Shown piece by piece: positions 19,659 through 26,214 of a stretch of DNA of 64,000 nt. The position numbers were made by a program, and so were the translations under genes. How positions within the stretch are numbered: the first letter of the stretch is position 1; each line of letters begins with the position of its first letter. Below the pieces are notes generated by a model. The model searched no databases. It worked only from the letters and a program-made list of their open reading frames with translations, and was not told the origin of the DNA. Source of the DNA: a virus; IMG/VR virus record IMGVR_UViG_3300031537_000001, positions 29,293 to 93,292 of that record. One strand, written 5' to 3'.

Positions 19659-19829
19659 ATGGAAAGCGAATATAAAGAAAGAGCTGAAGAAATTTTATTC
19701 TTTTTAAGTGCTAAACAAAGGGCGCAACCTTTTATTGGACTAAGTAAGGAAGAAAAAGAACTTATTATTACGGCTATGTGTCAATTGGCTGAAGAAGTAA
19801 AGAAATCTTGTGTTGAAGAAGCTGAATAA
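19659..19829 (+). CDS. small hypothetical protein (56 aa), not in ORF track
   Basis: MESEYKERAEEILFFLSAKQRAQPFIGLSKEEKELIITAMCQLAEEVKKSCVEEAE*. Confidence 0.55.
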   Translation: MESEYKERAEEILFFLSAKQRAQPFIGLSKEEKELIITAMCQLAEEVKKSCVEEAE

Positions 19830-19887
19830 AAAAAAAATAAAATTGATTAATATGAAACAATTTAAGCTTATTTAAGAAGTTTGGAAG

Positions 19888-20088
19888 ATGCTTAAAGTAG
19901 GAGATAAAGTCCACTACATTCCTTTTTCAGATTGTGATGAATCAATTATAGAAAATGGAATTGTTAAATCACTACAAAACGAAGAATATTGTTTTGTTGT
20001 GTTTCATTGGTCAGATACCCCAGAAAAGTATCAAGACTTTACAGGTCAAAGAACAGATATAAAATCATTAAAGAAAGGATGGATATGA
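19888..20088 (+). CDS. small SH3/KOW-like hypothetical protein
   Basis: MLKVGDKVHY..GIVKS; ATGA-coupled to the next gene. Confidence 0.6.
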   Translation: MLKVGDKVHYIPFSDCDESIIENGIVKSLQNEEYCFVVFHWSDTPEKYQDFTGQRTDIKSLKKGWI

Positions 20089-20891
20089 TAATAGGAATTA
20101 GTGGTAAATCACAATCAGGAAAAGATCTTGTAGGTAAGATTATTCAATATTTAACTCATTGTAAAAATGATGATACTACTTGGGAAGATTGGAATAATTT
20201 CATTCATTATGATTTAGGAGATTGGAGAATAAAGAAATTTGCAGCAAAGGTAAAACAAATATTATCCATTCTTACTGGAATATCTATTGAAGACTTTGAA
20301 AAAGAAGAAGTCAAGAATAGTTATTTAGGAGAAGAATGGAATTACGTTATAATTGGTGATATGCTATGTACAGTCCAAGATTATTATAATTATATTGCTG
20401 GTACTACATATCTTTCTAAAAAAGAAGATATTCAAAGAATGACAGTACGTCAAGCTCTTCAATGGATAGGAACAGATTTATTTAGAAATAAATTTCATCC
20501 TCAAACGTGGTGTAATGCTTTGTTTAGTGAATATAAATTAAATACTATAATTAGAAATGGTCAAAAGTACAGAGGATTAGAATTTCCATCATGGATCATT
20601 ACAGATTGTAGATTTCCTAATGAGGCTAAAGCTATTAAAGATAGAGGAGGTATATTGATTAGAGTTAATAGATCTGTATGTCCTAAATGTGGAGAAGAAG
20701 AAAATTTCCATTGGGATATTGTTACACATAGATTAGAATATTGTAATGAGTGTGGTTATAGATGGAATACACACGAAAGCGAAACTGCCCTAGATAATTA
20801 TAATTTTGATTATGAAATAGATAATTCAGAAACTATTGAAAAATTAATAGAAAAAGTAAAAGAAATATTAATTAAAGAAAAGTTGATATGA
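20085..20891 (+). CDS. deoxynucleoside monophosphate kinase with Zn-ribbon insertion
   Basis: MIIGISGKSQSGKD, KFAAKVK, RQALQWIGTD, ITDCRFPNE, HESE; start ATG 20085. Confidence 0.9.
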   Translation: MIIGISGKSQSGKDLVGKIIQYLTHCKNDDTTWEDWNNFIHYDLGDWRIKKFAAKVKQILSILTGISIEDFEKEEVKNSYLGEEWNYVIIGDMLCTVQDYYNYIAGTTYLSKKEDIQRMTVRQALQWIGTDLFRNKFHPQTWCNALFSEYKLNTIIRNGQKYRGLEFPSWIITDCRFPNEAKAIKDRGGILIRVNRSVCPKCGEEENFHWDIVTHRLEYCNECGYRWNTHESETALDNYNFDYEIDNSETIEKLIEKVKEILIKEKLI

Positions 20892-21232
20892 ATGAAGTTC
20901 AAAAAAGAATAGACAAATTACTAGATAGATTTTCTAATGAAGTAATTACGGATGTTGATTTACAAGCTGCTATAGTTGAATTAAGAACTCTAAAAGCTTT
21001 AGTAAAACATTTGTTTGAAACTAATCTTACTGAGGAAGATAATTTAGGTTTTAATGACTTACGAGCTGCTCAGATAAAACATTGTAAAGATTTACGTGTA
21101 ACCAGATGGGCTCCTTATGATGGAATTTGTCCTAAATGCAGAAAACAAATATACGATGTATTAACTTTAGAGGAGTGTTCTTCTGAAGTTATTGTTAATT
21201 GTCCTTATTGTAACGCTGATTTTACTACTTAA
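20888..21232 (+). CDS. Zn-ribbon hypothetical protein
   Basis: CPKC...CPYC. Confidence 0.65.
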   Translation: MNEVQKRIDKLLDRFSNEVITDVDLQAAIVELRTLKALVKHLFETNLTEEDNLGFNDLRAAQIKHCKDLRVTRWAPYDGICPKCRKQIYDVLTLEECSSEVIVNCPYCNADFTT

Positions 21233-21243
21233 TTATATGTATC

Positions 21244-21714
21244 ATGATAACTCTTTATATTTTATCCTTATGTATATTTATAGGATATATTACTATTACA
21301 ATAATAAGATATGGTATACTTGATTCGGTTTCTAATTCATATTATTGGTTTCCATATAATCAAAAACTGCTTTTTACACTGTTCTGTTGGGGAATTTCAA
21401 TACCGGTTATGATTTTAGCTGAATCTCCTATTATGTTTTTTGCTGGTTCCGGAATAACTTTTGCCGGTGCTGCTGCCGCATATCAAGAAAGAATTACACA
21501 TACTGTTCATATGATAGGTGCTTTTTCTGGTGTTATATTAAGCCAGATTTCAATTGTAATTGATTTTCATTTATATATTCTGAATTTTATTTTTATCAGT
21601 ATATCTTTAATACTTATTTTATTGACTAAATTAAGGATTAAAGTACATTATTTTTGGTGGATTGAAATCTTAGCTTATATCTGTATTATGATTTCATTGC
21701 TTTCAAAACTATAA
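21244..21714 (+). CDS. multi-pass membrane protein
   Basis: About five hydrophobic segments in 156 aa. Confidence 0.75.
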   Translation: MITLYILSLCIFIGYITITIIRYGILDSVSNSYYWFPYNQKLLFTLFCWGISIPVMILAESPIMFFAGSGITFAGAAAAYQERITHTVHMIGAFSGVILSQISIVIDFHLYILNFIFISISLILILLTKLRIKVHYFWWIEILAYICIMISLLSKL

Positions 21715-21734
21715 CATAATTTAATTATTTAACT

Positions 21735-22196
21735 ATGGTAGGAAAGAAAAATTTAGATTCTTTTGAAACTGAATCTGTTGAAAACCCTTCATTCGTATTA
21801 GATATAATCTATTCTTCTGAGTTAAATAATTATAACTCGTTTCTTGTTAAGACAATACAAAGCGTTATTAATTATAGATTTAAGATTGAGTTATATCATC
21901 CTTCTTTGAAAAATATTATTATCATACTTACGATTCCAAGTAAGGGATTTGGATCTACTCAAGAAGATTCAATTAACTTTAGTAAGAATCAAAAGATTCT
22001 TTTGATAAATTCTAAATTTAAAGGGTATAAAAAATTTCACTCTACTTCAAATGTAAAGGAGGCTATGAAGTTAGTATTTGACCATATAATAAATACTATT
22101 GATATGTTAGATATATTTCAAGAACTTAAGAAAGATGATTTAAAAGAGTATATTTCTTTGTGTAAAGATGATGTTATAGGTAAATTTGAAATATGA
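21735..22196 (+). CDS. hypothetical protein
   Basis: ORF track. Confidence 0.65.
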   Translation: MVGKKNLDSFETESVENPSFVLDIIYSSELNNYNSFLVKTIQSVINYRFKIELYHPSLKNIIIILTIPSKGFGSTQEDSINFSKNQKILLINSKFKGYKKFHSTSNVKEAMKLVFDHIINTIDMLDIFQELKKDDLKEYISLCKDDVIGKFEI

Positions 22197-22321
22197 TGAA
22201 ACAATTAATTAAAATTTTACTATATGTGTCGAGTATAGGTATAGTAGCAATACTTTTTATATTTAAAGGATTATGTAAACTACTTAAAATAGATTATAAT
22301 GATACTATCAAAACTAAGTGA
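22193..22321 (+). CDS. small single-TM peptide (42 aa)
   Basis: MMKQLIKILLYVSSIGIVAILFIFKGLCKLLK...; ATGA overlap with the previous gene. Confidence 0.45.
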   Translation: MMKQLIKILLYVSSIGIVAILFIFKGLCKLLKIDYNDTIKTK

Positions 22322-22409
22322 ACTAATAAAGAATATTATATTCTTTGTATTAATGGTGTTACTTTTTGTAGCATCGTTCTTTGTAGGATTGTTTACGAAT
22401 TTTCAATAA
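22299..22409 (+). CDS. small single-TM peptide (36 aa)
   Basis: MILSKLSELIKNIIFFVLMVLLFVASFFVGLFTNFQ*. Confidence 0.4.
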   Translation: MILSKLSELIKNIIFFVLMVLLFVASFFVGLFTNFQ

Positions 22410-22503
22410 ATTGTAAACTTTCGAAGATATGAAAGAAACAAATCCCAGTTAATATATTTTTTGTTAGTAAAAGATTATTTATTGATATATTTTTCTGAAT
22501 TTT

Positions 22504-22548
22504 ATAAGGGTTGTTGGATTTGCGGCCCTTATGTTTACATTGTAGGTA
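22504..22548 (+). repeat. GCGGC-hairpin copy 1 plus left inverted repeat of cassette gene
   Basis: ATAAGGGTTGT-tggattt-GCGGCCCTTAT. CATTGTAGGTA (22538-22548) is complementary (10/11) to TACCAACAATG (22784-22794). Confidence 0.55.
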
Positions 22549-22579
22549 TGTAAGTCTACGGCATTTAAAGATAAATCTA

Positions 22580-22777
22580 ATGAGTAGATTAAGAGAAAAT
22601 ATTAAAAAAGCCCTTATAGACAGGGGATTTACGGGTGAAATTAAATTATTCTTTTGGCCCAAAGATGGGTGGTACGGACATTGTGACCAATTTCAACATG
22701 AATGGTTAGGTCAACACTCGAAACATTCCGTCGAACAAATCAAAGAAGGGCTTTTTGATACGTATTTAGATCAATAA
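22580..22777 (+). CDS. hypothetical protein (65 aa, MSRLRENIKK...)
   Basis: ATG 22580 is preferred because the TTG at 22511 lies inside the hairpin. Confidence 0.6.
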   Translation: MSRLRENIKKALIDRGFTGEIKLFFWPKDGWYGHCDQFQHEWLGQHSKHSVEQIKEGLFDTYLDQ

Positions 22778-22783
22778 GTTTAT

Positions 22784-22897
22784 TACCAACAATGACTGTC
22801 CGCGTAGCGGCAGATGTTCATCACCCGCATAGCGGGAAGCCGATGGAACGCAAGTAGCGGAGCAGAGTTGCATATAGCTGCGGTTATCGTCTCGGTT
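22784..22897 (+). repeat. GC-rich structured intergenic element with arms complementary to both flanking gene ends
   Basis: Hairpins CCGC-GTA-GCGG and CCCGC-ATA-GCGGG; TAGCGG at 22805, 22830 and 22855; TAGCGGGAAGCCG (22830-22842) is the exact reverse complement of 23361-23373. Confidence 0.65.
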
Positions 22898-22928
22898 TTT
22901 ATTATTAATCTTAAAATCAATATATTTT

Positions 22929-23348
22929 ATGAAAAAACAATGTGAATTAAAAAATTATGAATGTTCCTTAAATGGTCAGGATTGGTGGAGCTGTAATGAA
23001 ACATCATACGGAAAAGCCAAATCTGCTTTTTATCGAATGTTAGATATGGAGATTAAATACATTTGGATTAAATGTAGGTGTATTGGCAAACCTTACACAA
23101 GTGAAGATTTTAAAAGAACTGCAAAATATAGAGGTATTGATTTTGCTTATTGCGGAATGGTTGTAGATGTTGATGGAGTTAAAGGTTTGATTGTAGGACA
23201 TAATTCATCAGCAAATTTGGATATTTTATTTACAGATGGGAAATGTAAAGGTCAAACTCTTAATTGCCATCCAAATTGGAAAATGACTTATTATAATTCA
23301 AAAGGTGAAGTTATTAAGTCATTTAGTGATAACCGTGCAGCTTCTTAA
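22929..23348 (+). CDS. hypothetical protein (139 aa) enclosed by inverted repeats
   Basis: ORF track; GLIVGHNSSANLDI..NCHPNW motif. Confidence 0.75.
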   Translation: MKKQCELKNYECSLNGQDWWSCNETSYGKAKSAFYRMLDMEIKYIWIKCRCIGKPYTSEDFKRTAKYRGIDFAYCGMVVDVDGVKGLIVGHNSSANLDILFTDGKCKGQTLNCHPNWKMTYYNSKGEVIKSFSDNRAAS

Positions 23349-23373
23349 ATTGAGCGATGACGGCTTCCCGCTA
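23328..23373 (+). repeat. right-hand inverted-repeat arm
   Basis: GATAACCGTGCAGCT (23328-23342) pairs with 22876-22888 (2-nt bulge). AAATTGAGCGATGAC pairs with 22883-22898. CGGCTTCCCGCTA pairs with 22830-22842. Confidence 0.65.
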
Positions 23374-23423
23374 AACTTCGTTTTATTAAAAATATTAAGT
23401 ATATTGACACAGGAATGAAAAGG

Positions 23424-23683
23424 ATGGAAATATAAAACTTTCGATAAATTTTATAGATTGGAATAATCTTACAATAGAACAGTACATCGAATATTTAGAA
23501 AATAAATTTAAATATAATTCAAGTGGTACAGCAAAAGCTGTTTTTGAATTGATAGCGGCTTATAAATCGTTAAATCAGAGTATTAAGGTATGCGAATATT
23601 TTGAATCTAATAATACAGAAAATAGTGCAACTAAGTGTAGTAAATGCGGACATGAAAAATAGAAGCATTTAAATACAAAGTAA
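23424..23683 (+). pseudogene. disrupted small Zn-finger-like gene (...KVCEYF...TKCSKCGHEK*KHLNTK)
   Basis: ATG 23424 is out of frame by one A in an A-run. The in-frame TAG at 23660-23662 corresponds to TGG in the paralogous copy at 24207-24209. Confidence 0.55.
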
Positions 23684-23722
23684 TTGGCTAAAATGAAAGG
23701 AGTTGATTTAAAATAACTAATA

Positions 23723-24088
23723 ATGAGAGATAGTTGGTTAGACCCTAACGGAAAAATAATAGAAGTTGGTGACTTTAGGCACAACGAATACGCTCATGAA
23801 TTACTTGAAAATGAAATGGGCATGGAACAGCTACACGAATACATGGATGAACATAATTGTCATAGTGCTACTGAGGTTCTACATAAGTATGGGTGGGTTA
23901 GAATTAAATATAACACGGCTTATCTACCAAGGATAGAAATATTAGGTAACTGTATTAGCTTAGTTAAACCTGAGCATAACACAATTGACCCACGAATGAA
24001 TAGTAAACAATTAGAAGTTGCTAAACGATTGTGTGAGGAAAATAATACCACATTACACGTAGCTGTTAATGATAAACGCTTCTGGTAA
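23723..24088 (+). CDS. hypothetical protein (WLDPNG...H..YA...GWVRI motif)
   Basis: ORF track. Confidence 0.75.
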   Translation: MRDSWLDPNGKIIEVGDFRHNEYAHELLENEMGMEQLHEYMDEHNCHSATEVLHKYGWVRIKYNTAYLPRIEILGNCISLVKPEHNTIDPRMNSKQLEVAKRLCEENNTTLHVAVNDKRFW

Positions 24089-24093
24089 ATTGT

Positions 24094-24143
24094 GGCTAAT
24101 GATTAAATAGTCGCTTTTTGATTGCGGCTATTGAGTGTTATTT
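24094..24143 (+). repeat. GCGGC-hairpin copy 3 (attC-like geometry)
   Basis: GGCTAAT ... AATAGTCGC-tttttgatt-GCGGCTATT ... GTTATTT, directly after the stop codon. Confidence 0.5.
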
Positions 24144-24161
24144 AATTAAAAATATTGAGAT

Positions 24162-24241
24162 ATGAAAAAAAAATCATTAACCGAAGTCTGGCAATCAAAA
24201 ATTAAATGGGAGCACTTAAATACAAAATAATTAGTCAAAAT
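24162..24241 (+). pseudogene. 22-codon remnant ending KWEHLNTK*, a direct repeat of 23657-23694
   Basis: 24204-24241 matches 23657-23694 at 31/38 positions; all seven differences are transitions. Confidence 0.5.
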
Positions 24242-24281
24242 AAATTAATTAAAAAAAGGATGGTAAAAGTATTATAAATTT

Positions 24282-24310
24282 TACCAGGCTTTTGCCTGGT
24301 ATTTTTTTTT
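24282..24310 (+). terminator. strong intrinsic terminator ending the replication/accessory block
   Basis: TACCAGGC-TTTT-GCCTGGTA followed by T9. Confidence 0.85.
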
Positions 24311-24333
24311 AATTAGCGTATCATTTAAATTCG

Positions 24334-24341
24334 TATATTTG
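24334..24341 (+). promoter_or_regulatory. Bacteroidota primary-sigma -7 element (TAnnTTTG) for the structural operon
   Basis: TATATTTG lies 19 nt upstream of ATG 24361, just after the terminator. No clean TTTG -33 element at the usual spacing. Confidence 0.6.
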
Positions 24342-24360
24342 TATAAAAATATAATCTATA

Positions 24361-25023
24361 ATGAAAAGAAGTGAATTAATTGCCGATATAAGAGAGGTTT
24401 TAAGATCTTATTCTATAGATGATGAAATTGCTGATAGACATATTTTATTCCTTATACGAACAAAACGTAACAAATACATACGTCAAAAGGAAATTAATAG
24501 TAGGGGAGAATATAGAAACCAACTACAACAATCTGTATTTTTGGCTTTAGAAATTACAGATACTTCAAGATATCCTGGAATTACAACAGGTGGAAAAATA
24601 CTTCGAACAATTAAATCCTTACCAAATTTAGTAGGTAGAGATGCTTTCAAACAGATGGAAATACGAACTGTTGATTATTTAGGTACAGAAGTAGAGATAC
24701 TTGATAAAGCAAGAGTAGCCTATGCCTCAAGTGCTCCTAAAGGGTTTATTTATTGTTTTCGGGAAGATGATGGAAAACTATATTTTTTCAGTAAAGACCC
24801 TTCACATTTTGCTATTGAACAGGTTGTAGTTCAATGTATACTTGAAGATCCAGAAGAAATAGTAAGTTTGAATAGTTTAACTACACCTCTTGAAATATAT
24901 CCTATCACAGGAGATCTATGGGGTATTATACGGCCTGAAATATTATCAGAACTAGCAATGAGTAAAGGTATTCCTATTGACACATTAAATGATAAAGCTG
25001 ATGCTCCGACACCATCTAAATAA
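24361..25023 (+). CDS. tail ring/adaptor protein (crAss-like)
   Basis: First gene of the ring-IHF-tubular-muzzle cluster; helical N-terminus; LEDPEE..YPI motif. Confidence 0.65.
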   Translation: MKRSELIADIREVLRSYSIDDEIADRHILFLIRTKRNKYIRQKEINSRGEYRNQLQQSVFLALEITDTSRYPGITTGGKILRTIKSLPNLVGRDAFKQMEIRTVDYLGTEVEILDKARVAYASSAPKGFIYCFREDDGKLYFFSKDPSHFAIEQVVVQCILEDPEEIVSLNSLTTPLEIYPITGDLWGIIRPEILSELAMSKGIPIDTLNDKADAPTPSK

Positions 25024-25501
25024 ATTAGATTTTGTCTCTCAAGACTTCTTTAAGATGTTTAAGAGACGTAATAAAACTTCAGATATAACTATGCCTACTT
25101 ATACATTAATTATAAGAACTTTCTTTGAATTAGCTGTAACCAAAATCATAAACGATGCTTTTCGATTAAAATTACCTCAATTTGGGTTATTTTATTTGGT
25201 TAAAACTAAACAGAAAATAGGAAAAGATAAAGCGGGTAAAGTTAGAGTATATGGATCTATAAATTGGAAAGCTACAAAGGAATTAATAAAAGAAACAGGA
25301 GATAAAAGTAGAAAGGTATACTATTTAAACGATCATACTAATAGACATGTCTATACTATTTTATGGGATAAATACATGGTTGATTTTACTAATAAAACCT
25401 TCTATACTTTTGCAATTAATAAAAAACACAGACAAGCATTGAATTATGCTATACTAAATTCCGATAAACCTTTAAATGCATATGAGATATGGTATCGTTA
25501 G
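24989..25501 (+). CDS. IHF/HU-like DNA-binding protein (crAss structural module)
   Basis: FRLKLPQFGLFYLVK (HU-like G-x-F motif), INWKAT, YYLNDHT; basic protein. Confidence 0.7.
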   Translation: MIKLMLRHHLNKLDFVSQDFFKMFKRRNKTSDITMPTYTLIIRTFFELAVTKIINDAFRLKLPQFGLFYLVKTKQKIGKDKAGKVRVYGSINWKATKELIKETGDKSRKVYYLNDHTNRHVYTILWDKYMVDFTNKTFYTFAINKKHRQALNYAILNSDKPLNAYEIWYR

Positions 25502-26208
25502 GAGAAATAATGTATAACCTTTTAAAGAACCCTTCTTTAAGAGCTGTAAATAAGAGTGATGTAGTAAATCATTTAAAAGATTTCATTAACCTTGTGGGAG
25601 CCCCCGGATTACATGAAGATAAAAATATAACCTTAGATATTTATGATTTCAGAGCCCAGGTTCCTACCGATTTTATCAATACAACTGTTGTAAGAAAGAT
25701 TATTATCAATAGTGAAGAACCACGTCCTATAACTATGGGACATAATACAGACCAATTCTTTAATACTTATAAAGCACAAAGTGATAATGGCTCTACTATA
25801 GATTTACTTTATACTTTTAAAGTAGTAGGAGATTTTATTTATGTTGACTTTAAAGAAGGACAAATTGAGTTAGCCTATAAAGCATTTAGAGTAGATGAAG
25901 AAGGACTTCCTCTTATTAATGCAGGTACAGCCTTTAGAATAGCTGCTGAATGGTATATTAAAAAACAATACTATATGGTTCTCTGGGAACAAGGTTTACT
26001 TCCGGATAAAGTTTTACAATATACCGATCAACAATATGCATGGCATGTGGGTCAGGCTCATAGTGAACTAAATATACCTGATCCTATTGAAGCTGAAGCT
26101 ATTGGTAATGCAATTGTAAGGTTAATACCTTTGATAGATAATCGCGAGTCAAATTATAAATATGATTCACAAAAAGAAAGATTAATAAATCATGCTCCAT
26201 TTAGATAA
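25489..26208 (+). CDS. tail tubular/ring protein (P22 gp4-like)
   Basis: IELAYKAFRVDEEGLPLI, YAWHVGQA; lies directly before the stabilization protein gene. Confidence 0.75.
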   Translation: MVSLGEIMYNLLKNPSLRAVNKSDVVNHLKDFINLVGAPGLHEDKNITLDIYDFRAQVPTDFINTTVVRKIIINSEEPRPITMGHNTDQFFNTYKAQSDNGSTIDLLYTFKVVGDFIYVDFKEGQIELAYKAFRVDEEGLPLINAGTAFRIAAEWYIKKQYYMVLWEQGLLPDKVLQYTDQQYAWHVGQAHSELNIPDPIEAEAIGNAIVRLIPLIDNRESNYKYDSQKERLINHAPFR

Positions 26209-26214
26209 TAAGCT

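Noticed and set aside
22791-22865. Mini-CRISPR array
   Set aside because: The repeated unit is only 6-11 nt with a 25-nt period, far below CRISPR repeat and spacer sizes; no cas genes are present.
22784-22897. tRNA, hammerhead/HDV-like ribozyme or group II intron domain V
   Set aside because: I see no cloverleaf or TTCGA arm, no CTGATGA/GAAA core and no recognisable domain V; an Infernal scan would be needed to exclude these fully.
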